Part shown: piece after piece, positions 20,178 to 31,526 of the stretch
Position numbering within the stretch: the stretch's first letter is position 1
Layout of the letters: the number at the start of each line of letters is the position of its first letter
Origin: an uncultured virus (IMG/VR IMGVR_UViG_3300030106_004658)
Lineage: Duplodnaviria; Heunggongvirae; Uroviricota; Caudoviricetes; Crassvirales
Strand: one strand, 5' to 3'
DNA length: 64,000 nucleotides
Virus record (IMG/VR): IMGVR_UViG_3300030106_004658
Program-made: the position numbers and the translations under genes
Notes under the pieces: generated by a model
Database searches by the model: none
What the model was told of the DNA's origin: nothing
Seen by the model: the letters and a program-made list of their open reading frames with translations, nothing else

Positions 20178-20678
20178 TTATTTACTACTTTCAGTAATTT
20201 CACAACTGGCTGTAAATAACTCTGCTTTAGTTCTAGAGTCGTTTCTAAACTTAACTTCAGCATAATAACCAGTTACTGACCCAGCATTTACTTCATTTGA
20301 TTTTTGAAAAAATATAAATTCACTTGTTGTAGGTGGCACTTGATCTATTAAGTAAGTGTCCTCTCCATTTACTTGAGTATTTATTCTAATAGCAGATTTA
20401 TCAAATGGTGCCGTGGCTTGTAGCGTTATTACTGTGCCGTCACTATATTGAACATCCGTGTCTGGCATACTAACAGTCATACCGTTTGAATCAACATTTC
20501 TATCTATTCTGTCAATAGTACCCATTGTCACAGCGTTTACACCAGAATCCGGTGTAGCCTGTATAGTAGCTGTATCAAAACCAGTGTCAGCTATTGAATT
20601 AGTTGGAACATAATAAGCTATGTCTCCAACTTGAACTGATTCATTTAAGTTTTCAAAAACGTAATATAATAGTGCCAT
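20178..20678 (-). CDS. Tail-associated structural protein
   Basis: Context; acidic, beta-rich. Confidence 0.5.
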   Translation of the reverse strand: MALLYYVFENLNESVQVGDIAYYVPTNSIADTGFDTATIQATPDSGVNAVTMGTIDRIDRNVDSNGMTVSMPDTDVQYSDGTVITLQATAPFDKSAIRINTQVNGEDTYLIDQVPPTTSEFIFFQKSNEVNAGSVTGYYAEVKFRNDSRTKAELFTASCEITESSK

Positions 20679-20688
20679 AATTTTAATT

Positions 20689-22593
20689 TTATGCAGAAAG
20701 TGTTGTTAAAATTTGATCTAAATCTAAACTTATAGTAGTATCAGTAGTTCCCCATTTAATGACTATAACATCAAATGTTATGAGATATGTGGTAGCAACA
20801 ACCTTACTAGTATCTGTTTGAAATATATTTGTTATTAATAACTCTGTTCCTCCGTTGCTTGCTGGAACTGAGTTTGTAAAGTCTGAAGCTGTTTGATCTG
20901 TATTAGAAAAACTTATAACACCATTTTCGTTTACGCCTCCCGCGGTGTTTGTCCTAACTTTATTATGAGCATTATGGGCTGTTAAACTCCAACTAACGCT
21001 AAATTTACTTGGATAAGTTTTACTACCAATTCCATCAGCTAACCTATCTGCTATACCAACTCTAGTAACAGTTGTTGCAGCAGAAGAGTTTAAGTTAGCA
21101 TTAGCTTCTGTTGCACTAATTGTTAATATTGGTTTTAGATTTTGTGTAAATAAATAATTGTAATCTCTTCTAGCGTGAGATGAATTTGTTCTTTCTGCTA
21201 TTTTAGATGAAAGCGTTGTTTCAAGTTTTATATCGTTCACGACATCTTCAGCTGTTGTGTATGTTTTATTTTGAATAGCACCAGTTCTAAGAACTTGCAT
21301 AGGCTCTATATTTAAATAGTACTCATCTGATCTTACAAAAGAAACACTAGCATCTTCAGCTGCACTTATGGTTGACGCTAAAGTTACTTGTGTTGTGGAA
21401 TCAACATTATCAACTGTTGTTGTTGAAGCGTAGTCTATAGAACTAATTATTAACTTGTCATCTTTTTGTATTCCCGTGGTGTCTGCTAAAGGCATAGTTG
21501 CGGTGCTACTCATAGCTGATGTAACTGTTGTTGTATTTACTGTTGTGCTTGGAAATTCTTGATCAAAGTAGCAGAAACCACTACTAGGTATTACTTTGGT
21601 AAAAGCATGTGTAACTCCGGTTACTGGATCATTAGAAACACTATTTATGTAAGAGTTATCTAGTATGGACTCACCTGTGCTTTTTCTAGTTAGTGTTATT
21701 TTGAATTTAGCACCAGGAGTTCCTCTTACTACCATTTTTCTTGTTTCACCCGAAGTGTTAACAGTTGTTCTACCAAAATCTACACTTTCTATAACTGGCG
21801 CACTAGAGCTTATAGCGTTCTGTGCTATAGCACTATAAATTAATTTAGATATTATGTCGCTAGCTAAACTTGTTTTTTCATTATTTTTATAAGTAACATC
21901 AAAATAATAACCAGTTATTTGTTGCTTTTTTGTTTTTTGTTTTGTACTAACTTCTGTTTTTGTGAGCTTTAATTTAACAATATCATCAGCGTTATTGTTA
22001 TTTTGAAGTTTAGGTTTTTCTAGAAAATAATAACCATCATCAGCTTTAAAATATAGTTGAGCTATTTTGATCCTCTTATTACTTGGAATAGAACTACAGG
22101 TTATTACATGCCTATCTTTTATTTTTCGCAAGTTATCATTATTATATACAGCTTGACCAATATAATTGTTAGTAGTTGTGATAGTTGAAGAATTAATAGC
22201 TGTTAATGTTACTGAAGAAAAAACAGAATCTGAATCTTTTGGATCTTCTAAAACTATTGTAGCTTCTAAACCTATAGAATTTATTTGAGTTGAACTACCA
22301 GTTATATCTAATAATATATTTACACTTTCATTTGGAATAATAAAGTTTGTATCAAAGTCAACTAAAACAGCAACGTTGTTAAATACCGTGTTTTTTATTT
22401 TAGTGTCTAAAAACCTAACTCTCATTACGCCATGTGGCAATGGTGTTGCACAACTAAAGCTATCAGCACTGATAACATGACCTTTTATTGGAGTTATATT
22501 TAAAACACCAGTACTAGTTAATGTTCCATTGTTTACTGAAGCACCTTTTTTCTCTATAATTTTTAACTCTGATATTCTATAATTCTTTGCCAT
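20689..22593 (-). CDS. Tail-associated structural protein
   Basis: 634 aa, S/T-rich, in the tail module. Confidence 0.55.
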   Translation of the reverse strand: MAKNYRISELKIIEKKGASVNNGTLTSTGVLNITPIKGHVISADSFSCATPLPHGVMRVRFLDTKIKNTVFNNVAVLVDFDTNFIIPNESVNILLDITGSSTQINSIGLEATIVLEDPKDSDSVFSSVTLTAINSSTITTTNNYIGQAVYNNDNLRKIKDRHVITCSSIPSNKRIKIAQLYFKADDGYYFLEKPKLQNNNNADDIVKLKLTKTEVSTKQKTKKQQITGYYFDVTYKNNEKTSLASDIISKLIYSAIAQNAISSSAPVIESVDFGRTTVNTSGETRKMVVRGTPGAKFKITLTRKSTGESILDNSYINSVSNDPVTGVTHAFTKVIPSSGFCYFDQEFPSTTVNTTTVTSAMSSTATMPLADTTGIQKDDKLIISSIDYASTTTVDNVDSTTQVTLASTISAAEDASVSFVRSDEYYLNIEPMQVLRTGAIQNKTYTTAEDVVNDIKLETTLSSKIAERTNSSHARRDYNYLFTQNLKPILTISATEANANLNSSAATTVTRVGIADRLADGIGSKTYPSKFSVSWSLTAHNAHNKVRTNTAGGVNENGVISFSNTDQTASDFTNSVPASNGGTELLITNIFQTDTSKVVATTYLITFDVIVIKWGTTDTTISLDLDQILTTLSA

Positions 22594-22603
22594 ATCTATA
22601 TTA

Positions 22604-25600
22604 TTAAGGTATTAATGGAATCTCATAAGGTGGAGTTGTAAAAACTCTATATCCCATATCGCCAGAAACACTACTTTCTCTTAAGCCATCAATATTCGGT
22701 TGCGCGTTTGTACCTGTAACCTGTGAGGTACCAATTGCGTTGATTACTGTGCCCCAAGCAACTGAGTTGCTCACGGCGTTTCCATCACCATCAACAAAAT
22801 TGTTTAAAAAATCAAGTGATTTACTAAACTTTAACATACCTATTGGACTGATAACTCTAATACTAAAACTTGATATAACTATTTTAGCGCCCTCAACAAT
22901 TTCGTAAATTCCACCAGAACTAGGTGAAAGAGTAAATTCAGCACCAGTACCAGCTGGCCTTTCAATCTTAATGTGATTACCATAGTTAGAATTCATCATA
23001 GTGCACACAACCTCTTTGGCGTATGTTCTATTAACCTCTGCATTTAATGTACCAGAGGTGTTAACTAATTGACCATCACCATCAATATAAACATTCGTAC
23101 CTACAAATATCGGTTGCACTACACCTCCAATTTCAGTTGTAATAGGTATTACTGGTAGGGTGTCTGAAGAACTATCATCTGGGTTAAATATAGTTTGGTT
23201 AGGAAAAGTATCAATAAGTGTTATGTTATATGAAACTGTTATTATATCTCCAGACTCTTTTATAAATTCATCTTCAAATATATCTTTTAGTTTTATTCCA
23301 GAGTTATTTTGATTAGATGACATGTATGTAAATTCGGCCCAAGGACCAGTGGTATCAAGATCTGTATTAACGTCGTCAACAGTTGTATTTGGTTCGGTAT
23401 CGTCTTCACCAACTATTATATCAGTACTATCGTTGTCATCTCCCCAATTAGTCGTGTCTATATCATCAATTGTTATACCACCGTCAGTTATAACCATATT
23501 TGATTGGTTCCAAGCGCTTAGTGCAATACCTATTCCTTGTATTGTAAAAGCACTTGAGTCTAATAAATTTAAACTAGTAGTATCCATTGTTCTACCGGTT
23601 ATTTTATTAAACCACTTATTTTCTTTTTCAATAAACTCTGGAACACTACCAAATTGATTCATGTCAGTATTTATACCTCCACTAATTTCAATTGGAACAT
23701 CAACTTCATCAAGTGATAAACCATTTATAAAACCACTATCAGTTGATATACTACCAATTTCAGTTAAAAATACAGATTCCGGCTCTATATACCAACCTTG
23801 CTTAGAATTTAAATTGTAATACTCACCATCATTTGTAGTTGTGAAACCAGGCGTTACAACGGTGTTTCCGTTAACATCTACTTCTGTAGATCCAGCGTAT
23901 TGAACAACTCTACTTTGAGAACCCTCGTAACCTATAGTATTAAAAGACTTAATAGAACCAGGATTATCATTAAATAAAACCGTTATAGTAGATTCTGTAA
24001 ATTCGTTTGCAAAAGTATTTCTATTAACATCGTCTCTATTGTGTTCGTAGATAATATTGTTAAAAGCGGTTAAATATTTACCACTAACAGATATTCCAGA
24101 TTTAACTATAAAGCTTTTAAAGCTAACCCAACCTTTAGATGCCTCATTAAAAGTAATAGTTTCTTGTTGAACACCGGAGAACCAATTACCATTATCATCT
24201 ATAGTTATAGTATCTTGCTCATTGTAATAAAGAGTTAAATTATATTCTCCGTTAACCACATCATAAGATCCTACTAGATTTTTAGATATAGGTAGATGTT
24301 CTCTAAACCAAGATTTCATACCAACACTTGATATAGGTGTTAAACCATCTCTTGATAATCTTAGAACAGCACCTCTTTGTTTATCAGTGAAGTACATTCT
24401 AAACTGATCCCAAGCTAATGATTCAGGATTTTTTGATATACCATAGTCACCTACAAAAGGTATGGCTGTCCCAAGAACTTTTTGAGTAGCTGTTAAGCCA
24501 GAGCTACCATCAGCGTTGAAAACAGCGTCTTTATTAGAAAGTACTTTAAACACTTTGTCTTCAGTAAAGACAATAACATCTGTATCTCTTGTTTTCATGG
24601 CTTGTATAGAACCATATACCGGGTTTAAATCTTTAGTAATTTTTTCACCCATATTAAATTGGTTCAACTCGTTTATTCCAGATATTGAATTATAAAGACC
24701 AGAGTATATCATACTACTACTTCTTTTCTCTTCTCCATATTCCGAAAACGTAGTAGACACCTTAAATCCATTATCTATCGTAGGCGCATTAAAATCATCT
24801 CGTATTCTATCCGATTCAACACCGTTGCCAAACGCATAACAGTTAAACCAATTTAACTCTACTTCATAGTTGTAAACGTTTTGATCTATCCTATACCAAC
24901 CACTACCTCCAACTGATGTGAATGTTATGTCGACTGATGAAAATGGGGTTAATATTCCAACGGTATTTCCAATACCTTCTTGTGGTATAGTATCTCCTGT
25001 TACAAAAACTAAGACTTGACCGCTGCTTGGCGGCGTAACATACACAACGCTTCCATCAAGAATAACATTTTGAAATTGTGTATCTGGAATTGAGTACGAT
25101 ATAGACGAGCCAACAACTATATCTTGTGTTCCACTCCCTTGAGGCCCCGCAGCGGGAAGTAAAATAAGGTCTAAGTCACCTTCATACTGTGTAGCTCCTT
25201 CTGGCATAAGACCAAGTTGTACAGCATTAGATGTGGTAAATGTTGAATTTATTGCTAAAGCATTTGGAAAAAACACTTGATTAGGAACGTTCGGAATAAC
25301 AGTTCCAAATTGATTAATTGTAACAAACTCTTGAACTCTAGATTTAGTAACTGTTCCATCATGATGTTTAAATTTTAATGTGTCACCAACAGATATTCCA
25401 CTTGTAATAGGCGCTCCATTTGGACCATGTATTTGTACAGAATTACCGCCCGCAATATTATTAACGTAAGAACCATATGGTATAGATAGTTCATTAGTGT
25501 TATCAACGCTTACGATCGCTGGAACACTACTTCTTGTTGCAGGAGAAGTAAATGGTATAATGCTTTGTTCATCTAATATCAAAGGAATTGCACTAGATGC

Positions 25601-28600
25601 TTCGTAGTATAAATCTAAATCAGCACTTTTTTTAGGTTCAGTTTCCCAACAAGCTGAATTTGTTGTTAATTGCTCTTCTTGAAGATTGTCTAAATCTACA
25701 CCATAAGCTACTCTTTGTATAATCATTTCACCACCATTGCCATTAGCGTCAGCAATACCATTATGGTAAACTAGAGACCTAGGATCCCAAACATCAGTAT
25801 CTATACCAGTGTATTGATCTAACGGTTGACCGGTTGTTTTATCAACTTTTCTAAACCTAGTTATAAAACTCTGTCTAAAATCAGTGGATGATGACGGTGA
25901 TGAAACGTTTTTTATGCCAGTAATAAAATGAGGAATTGGTAAAACGTGTAGTTCAGGCCAAGTAACATCAGGTACATTTTCATCAACCACATAAGCCACA
26001 CTTGTGGTATCATCAAAATATTTAAAAACGCCAGTGTCAACAACAACATATATTTCATCATTAGGATCATCTCTAAACTTAAAGTATTCACCTGGAGTCA
26101 TTAACAGACTTCTAAGTTCAAGATCTTTTCCTCCAGGCCAATTTTGACCTAAAGCAGAAATAGTCATTTCACACATTGTTCCATCTGTATTTTCACCGGG
26201 TCTTAGAGCTCTTGGGGCATTAGTAGTTGAGCTTATATTAAGACCAGTGTTGTTTTCAGGAAAATTACTATAAATCTCTGTATCTATTAACGGATTAACG
26301 CCATTGTATTCACCGACGCTACCGTCATCATTTAAAAGGTTTGAGTTGTTACCCCAAGCTCCAAACTGACCATCATATTCATCATCTATGAAAGTTCCCA
26401 CTGGGGTTGCAAATGGTATGCCATCTTGTAGGTCATATATAAATCCTAAAGCACTATATAAATTATTACTATTAACTCCATCTATAAATAAATTACATTT
26501 TCTATTAGGGTGATTTTGCCATGCATTCCAGAATCCACTTACATCATTAGTTCCATTGTCAGCTGTAGTACCAGAATTAATTACTGGAAGATTTGCGTCA
26601 TTTGCATTCCATGATGATTGAGCGTAACTAGTTGCCGGAGATTCTAATGAATTATTATTAGCTGGATTGGTTCCGGTGTTATCAATAAATGTTAGTGAAT
26701 ACTCTTCTAAAACGCTATAATTTGCAATTCCATCTTCGTTTAAAACGTTACTACTTAATGCAAAATCTTTTTCAATTTTACAGAAAAATCTACCATCAAA
26801 TTCTGGTTTATTTATAACTCTATCATCTTGGAATTCTAAATAATAAACAATAGATAATGGGTTAGCAGATAAATCAATAGAAACATTTAGAGTATTTATA
26901 AAGTAAAAATAAGCATTAGTTTCAGATCCAAATGTTTCGTCCATCATAACACCTCTATTTTCCCCAAAATCTATAACTCTAGCAACTTTTTTCCAACTAG
27001 TTTTATAAACAGAAGCCTCATTTAATATACTGTCAGCAACAATTAAATCTGCATCTGTACCAGAGTTATCAGGAACATAATAAGCAACTACTCTAACTCT
27101 AACTTGTCCTTTAAAGTAATCTTTATTTAAACCAAGATCATTGAACTGTCCTGAACTAATTATTATTTTTCTATCATTAATTAAACCAGTTGGTACGCCC
27201 GAGGCATTTGCCTGTGACTGCCATTCTTGCCAATCTACCGCGTTGCTTCCATCTGCATTTTCAGGTGTTGGACCAAAACCGTATACTATAGAGTTCGGTA
27301 TTCGTACTTTTTCAAAATCAAAACCATGTCTTCTTATGTAATCTGGTGCTTCGCTTTCTATTGCTAATATTTTATATCTAGCATCTGTTAACACCGGAGT
27401 TTGAGTTCCGTGTTGATTTTTTAATATTAAATAAGTATCTTCATCAACTTTATTTCTATCAGCTGACGGAAAAGAAATCCATATGTTACCGTCTTCAGCG
27501 TCATACCACCTATCCATTACTAGGTTGTAGTATTCACTAGATGTTTCTTTAACGTAGTATTTTACGTATTTTATCCAACTTGGTGGATTTTGCTCCCAAT
27601 TTTGTTCTAAAACAAAATGATTACTAGTGGCGCACAAAGATTTATCAATCATTATATCACCCATAGTAACGCTAGTATTTCCAGCAACACCCGAAACATT
27701 ACCTCTTGCTATAACAGGTGTTTCTCTACCAAACTTATCTCCAAATACCATTCCCCACTTATACTCCCTTAAACTTTTAACAGATTTTGTAGCTTGTAGG
27801 CTTGGAACAGTAATTGACCTAATATACTGTGTTAACCCAACTTGTTCTCTTAAAAAATATCCTTGAGTGTAATTTCCGTACAAAAGTCTACTACCTGTTA
27901 TTTCTTGAGATTTAGCGTATCTAGGTACATTATCCCAACTTCTAATTAATTGATTTGATTCTAAAGTTCTGTGAATCATTTCTGATGTTAATACTAATGC
28001 ACCAGTGTTGCTACCTTGTACTGTAGAAAATAACTCCCACTCGCTATCAACTTCTCTAGTTATAGTTTTAATAACATAAACATTTTGATCGTCTGTTGTT
28101 TTATATAGTATTTCTACAGATTTAACGTCATTAGGCCTCCTTGAGTCAATAGGTATAAAATTGCTAATAGTAAGCTTTCTAACATTATTTATCATTCCGT
28201 TGTTAAAACCTTTATATGGTGTGTACCTAAATGATCCAGGTAAAAAAGCTAGTTCAGACCAAGGTGAAAAAGTAGAAACTTCACCGTCCTCATATTTGTA
28301 TCTATATCCAAACCTACCTATTTTTAGTTCAAATAAAGGTTTACCCTGAAGCAACTCAACTTCCCATAAAATATTTAATTCACCTAAGTTCTCGTCAACT
28401 TGAATTAATTCTATAGTAATACTACTACCGCTAGCAAAAACTGTTACAACCCTAGCTATTAATACCACAGGTACTTGAGGGTTCGCGTTGCTAGTAAGAC
28501 TTATAGTGTCATTTACTCTCAGTTCTATTGGTGGATCTAGTTGAGGTATGTTTAATGTATACGTTGAGCCACCACCACTTATTGGTATACCATTTTGTGT

Positions 28601-29719
28601 AAAAATATTTCCGGTATCATCAGCACTTGATAAACTAAAATTAACAACTCCGGTTCTTTCAGTATCTCTCATACTTATAACAGGAGCTGTTGTTGGTGCT
28701 TTTCTAATAACAGTTATGTGTTCTTTTTTTAAGTCTGTTGTATCTATAGTTGGTTCAACTTCATTTATAGGAACTAAATCGCCAGATGAAGGATCTTCAA
28801 CAAATAGTAAAGTGTGACTATTACCAGAGTTTGGAATTGTTATACTAGCATTATTTGGATCAACTAAATTTGTACCAGCCTTACATCTATCAATATTTAT
28901 TTTTTTGGGCTCATCAAAGTTGTCCGTCCAAAATAATAAATTATCAATTATATTTACACCAGTTATTAATCTATTTGGATCAAAATTAAGTAATCTTTCT
29001 TCAGCTGGCATTTCCGCAATAAAAGCCGCACAGTCAGATAAGTTGCCATTTGGTTGGGGGTTTTCTAGTATTAAAACATTATCTTCATAATCAATATCAA
29101 TTATTCTCACCCTACCTAAAGTTCCTTCTATGTTTTGAAGTAAATTTAAGTTACCTGAAGACACAGCACTAAGCTCCATCCCAATCCTAAAAATACCAGC
29201 ATCTTGCACATTTAAACCAGACCAACCTACTCCAGCAATATTAACGTTCATATAGATATCAGCAGCTATATCAGAAAAAGTTCCAGCAACACAAAATCTA
29301 TCTACTAAAACGTAGGTCATAGTACCATCTATATGTTGCTCTACTATAGAATCTGCCCATATAGTCGTGGTATCTATATTATCTGCGTCGTAAACTTCTG
29401 ATTGAGAAAAAGTTGGTGATGAAACAAAGAAATATCCAACGTCATTTTTTTCATCTGAAATAGAACCAACTATACTAGATGTTTCACCAGACGAGTTTGG
29501 AACAGTATATGGCTCGCCAACAGCAACGTTACCTTGGATATTTTGAACTGTACCAGCATTACCAATACCATCTGAAGATTCAGATGAAAACGCGTCACCT
29601 CCAGAAGTTGTTCTAATCTGAATGTTCATAGCATCTCTATACTCTCCATTTGGAACAAGTCTTTCGTCAAGATCTTTGTTCATCTTGCCGGCAGTAAAAT
29701 TATGTTTAAGTTCTGGCAT
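22604..29719 (-). CDS. Large tail 'stabilization'/muzzle-like protein (2371 aa)
   Basis: N-terminal F..GKMNKDLDERL.PNGEYRDA.N and C-terminal GNGVESDRIRDDFN / YGISKNPES motifs typical of crAss-like tail proteins. Confidence 0.75.
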   Translation of the reverse strand: MPELKHNFTAGKMNKDLDERLVPNGEYRDAMNIQIRTTSGGDAFSSESSDGIGNAGTVQNIQGNVAVGEPYTVPNSSGETSSIVGSISDEKNDVGYFFVSSPTFSQSEVYDADNIDTTTIWADSIVEQHIDGTMTYVLVDRFCVAGTFSDIAADIYMNVNIAGVGWSGLNVQDAGIFRIGMELSAVSSGNLNLLQNIEGTLGRVRIIDIDYEDNVLILENPQPNGNLSDCAAFIAEMPAEERLLNFDPNRLITGVNIIDNLLFWTDNFDEPKKINIDRCKAGTNLVDPNNASITIPNSGNSHTLLFVEDPSSGDLVPINEVEPTIDTTDLKKEHITVIRKAPTTAPVISMRDTERTGVVNFSLSSADDTGNIFTQNGIPISGGGSTYTLNIPQLDPPIELRVNDTISLTSNANPQVPVVLIARVVTVFASGSSITIELIQVDENLGELNILWEVELLQGKPLFELKIGRFGYRYKYEDGEVSTFSPWSELAFLPGSFRYTPYKGFNNGMINNVRKLTISNFIPIDSRRPNDVKSVEILYKTTDDQNVYVIKTITREVDSEWELFSTVQGSNTGALVLTSEMIHRTLESNQLIRSWDNVPRYAKSQEITGSRLLYGNYTQGYFLREQVGLTQYIRSITVPSLQATKSVKSLREYKWGMVFGDKFGRETPVIARGNVSGVAGNTSVTMGDIMIDKSLCATSNHFVLEQNWEQNPPSWIKYVKYYVKETSSEYYNLVMDRWYDAEDGNIWISFPSADRNKVDEDTYLILKNQHGTQTPVLTDARYKILAIESEAPDYIRRHGFDFEKVRIPNSIVYGFGPTPENADGSNAVDWQEWQSQANASGVPTGLINDRKIIISSGQFNDLGLNKDYFKGQVRVRVVAYYVPDNSGTDADLIVADSILNEASVYKTSWKKVARVIDFGENRGVMMDETFGSETNAYFYFINTLNVSIDLSANPLSIVYYLEFQDDRVINKPEFDGRFFCKIEKDFALSSNVLNEDGIANYSVLEEYSLTFIDNTGTNPANNNSLESPATSYAQSSWNANDANLPVINSGTTADNGTNDVSGFWNAWQNHPNRKCNLFIDGVNSNNLYSALGFIYDLQDGIPFATPVGTFIDDEYDGQFGAWGNNSNLLNDDGSVGEYNGVNPLIDTEIYSNFPENNTGLNISSTTNAPRALRPGENTDGTMCEMTISALGQNWPGGKDLELRSLLMTPGEYFKFRDDPNDEIYVVVDTGVFKYFDDTTSVAYVVDENVPDVTWPELHVLPIPHFITGIKNVSSPSSSTDFRQSFITRFRKVDKTTGQPLDQYTGIDTDVWDPRSLVYHNGIADANGNGGEMIIQRVAYGVDLDNLQEEQLTTNSACWETEPKKSADLDLYYEASSAIPLILDEQSIIPFTSPATRSSVPAIVSVDNTNELSIPYGSYVNNIAGGNSVQIHGPNGAPITSGISVGDTLKFKHHDGTVTKSRVQEFVTINQFGTVIPNVPNQVFFPNALAINSTFTTSNAVQLGLMPEGATQYEGDLDLILLPAAGPQGSGTQDIVVGSSISYSIPDTQFQNVILDGSVVYVTPPSSGQVLVFVTGDTIPQEGIGNTVGILTPFSSVDITFTSVGGSGWYRIDQNVYNYEVELNWFNCYAFGNGVESDRIRDDFNAPTIDNGFKVSTTFSEYGEEKRSSSMIYSGLYNSISGINELNQFNMGEKITKDLNPVYGSIQAMKTRDTDVIVFTEDKVFKVLSNKDAVFNADGSSGLTATQKVLGTAIPFVGDYGISKNPESLAWDQFRMYFTDKQRGAVLRLSRDGLTPISSVGMKSWFREHLPISKNLVGSYDVVNGEYNLTLYYNEQDTITIDDNGNWFSGVQQETITFNEASKGWVSFKSFIVKSGISVSGKYLTAFNNIIYEHNRDDVNRNTFANEFTESTITVLFNDNPGSIKSFNTIGYEGSQSRVVQYAGSTEVDVNGNTVVTPGFTTTNDGEYYNLNSKQGWYIEPESVFLTEIGSISTDSGFINGLSLDEVDVPIEISGGINTDMNQFGSVPEFIEKENKWFNKITGRTMDTTSLNLLDSSAFTIQGIGIALSAWNQSNMVITDGGITIDDIDTTNWGDDNDSTDIIVGEDDTEPNTTVDDVNTDLDTTGPWAEFTYMSSNQNNSGIKLKDIFEDEFIKESGDIITVSYNITLIDTFPNQTIFNPDDSSSDTLPVIPITTEIGGVVQPIFVGTNVYIDGDGQLVNTSGTLNAEVNRTYAKEVVCTMMNSNYGNHIKIERPAGTGAEFTLSPSSGGIYEIVEGAKIVISSFSIRVISPIGMLKFSKSLDFLNNFVDGDGNAVSNSVAWGTVINAIGTSQVTGTNAQPNIDGLRESSVSGDMGYRVFTTPPYEIPLIP

Positions 29720-29723
29720 AATA

Positions 29724-30596
29724 TTATTTTATAGGCTTACTTAATCCTTTTAGTACTTGTGTGAACTCTTCTATCTTAATATTAGATAATCTTATTTTTG
29801 CTTTTCTAGTTTCAGCAAATCTTTCTTTTTTGTATCTTTGTACAATATATTCTGGTATATTAGTTCTAGATGATAATATACCATATGCTATCCATTTATA
29901 AACCGCTTCTTCACAAAACTTATGCACAACCATTTCATCGTCAGTGCCTAGTCCATCACTAACATATCTTAATACTATTGTTTTTCCTGATAAAGAAGAA
30001 CCAAAATGTATAAAATTTTGCTCGTAATCTATAAAAAATACACCGTTTTGTTGAGCGTGTTGAGGGTCAAGACCATATCTTCTACCTCTATGATCTATTA
30101 GTATGTCTGAGCTAGCTGTGTCTGTAGCTTGTGAGTCTGTTGAACTAACTGTATTAAAGTTTGTAGCGGTAGTAGACGCGCCAGCTCCTAATAAATCACC
30201 GTTATTATCATACTGATAATTACCATTTTCATCTTGTGATATATGAAATGGCGCAGACGTCTTACCAGTTGGATATATTGTTCTCTCTATACCATCACTA
30301 CCAACTCTAGATAATTTAACATAGTTTATATAATCATGTGGCAAAGGAGTTGCTAAACCACCAGGTACTTCAAACTCAACCATCTTCACGGACCTAAAAA
30401 CATCGTAAGATAATTCTTGTATAGCACGCATAGCGAAAAATTGAACATCAGTTCTATTAACTTTATTTATAAGTTTATCTTCACCAACGTGAGTTACCAT
30501 AAACGCACTTATTATGTTGTGTAAAGAAACAAACTGATAATGGTTGTTACCAACACCTGTCATACTTTGGGGTGTTACATTGTCAAAAAATCCCAT
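29724..30596 (-). CDS. Tail ring/adaptor protein
   Basis: LPHDYINYVKLS and VHKFCEEAVY motifs; context. Confidence 0.65.
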   Translation of the reverse strand: MGFFDNVTPQSMTGVGNNHYQFVSLHNIISAFMVTHVGEDKLINKVNRTDVQFFAMRAIQELSYDVFRSVKMVEFEVPGGLATPLPHDYINYVKLSRVGSDGIERTIYPTGKTSAPFHISQDENGNYQYDNNGDLLGAGASTTATNFNTVSSTDSQATDTASSDILIDHRGRRYGLDPQHAQQNGVFFIDYEQNFIHFGSSLSGKTIVLRYVSDGLGTDDEMVVHKFCEEAVYKWIAYGILSSRTNIPEYIVQRYKKERFAETRKAKIRLSNIKIEEFTQVLKGLSKPIK

Positions 30597-30598
30597 AA

Positions 30599-31408
30599 TT
30601 AATTATTTTGTGATTGGTGAGTACTTTGTCCGTCTATCATAGCTGCTTGTTGAATAGAAGGATTTTTAATAATAATACCTGCTAATTGTAGTATTCTAGT
30701 TACTAATCTTTCTTCTTCAGAAGTATGAAGTTCAAAATTAACAGCTGTGTTACTATTGTATAAAGCTTTTTCTTGAACAACAACATAACCCCAAGATGGA
30801 GCTACTGGTTTCCTCCAGTATTTAAGTATAAATGTCATTGCTATATTTGGGGTTGGATATATTCTAAGTTGACTGTTCGTGTCTCTAACGTAAACGGGTC
30901 TTAGTTGCGTTGCAGCAGTAAGCGGATGTCCTTGAGAATATGCAACTTCTTTGTTTGACATTTCTGTTACTTCAGTTAACTGCAGGTTGTCTAAAGTTGA
31001 AGTTGCGTTATTGGCTTCGGTATTTGTAGTGCCCACACTAAATCCACCAGGTACTAAATGTACTTTTTCTAAAGTATCTATCATATACAAATGCGAACTA
31101 ATAGGAATACCACCGGTAGATGTCTCCGTACTTAAATCTATTAAATGATCGTTTATCGCTTGTATCCAGTTAGCTGTTTCACAAAACGGTTGTAGTTTTT
31201 CTTGAATCATTTCTATATCATCAAAGCCACTACCCATTTGATTTTTTCTTTTATGATAAGCTGTTTTTATATCATGAAAGTAACTATCAAATATTTCAAG
31301 TTGAGCTTTATTAGCCATTAAATTAAACTCTTGAGGTGTTATATAACCTCTTTGTTCTTTATTAGCTAAAGCTAAAACTTTTTGATATACTGTATCTACG
31401 TTAACCAT
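30599..31408 (-). CDS. Tail ring/head-tail connector protein
   Basis: NKEQRGYITPQEFN motif; context. Confidence 0.65.
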   Translation of the reverse strand: MVNVDTVYQKVLALANKEQRGYITPQEFNLMANKAQLEIFDSYFHDIKTAYHKRKNQMGSGFDDIEMIQEKLQPFCETANWIQAINDHLIDLSTETSTGGIPISSHLYMIDTLEKVHLVPGGFSVGTTNTEANNATSTLDNLQLTEVTEMSNKEVAYSQGHPLTAATQLRPVYVRDTNSQLRIYPTPNIAMTFILKYWRKPVAPSWGYVVVQEKALYNSNTAVNFELHTSEEERLVTRILQLAGIIIKNPSIQQAAMIDGQSTHQSQNN

Positions 31409-31428
31409 CTCTATTTATTTATGAATAT

Positions 31429-31451
31429 ATTTTACTATATTATAGTTACAT
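31429..31451 (-). promoter_or_regulatory. Late-promoter-like element, second exact copy
   Basis: Identical to 20145-20167; lies just downstream of a terminator. Confidence 0.65.
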
Positions 31452-31477
31452 AATAAAGTGGAAGGTTAGCCCCTAAA

Positions 31478-31508
31478 TAAAAATAGCCACCCGTAATGAG
31501 TGGCTATT
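31478..31508 (-). terminator. Intrinsic terminator
   Basis: AATAGCCAC/GTGGCTATT hairpin with a T-tract on the minus strand. Confidence 0.7.
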
Positions 31509-31526
31509 AATATTAGTTAAAAGATG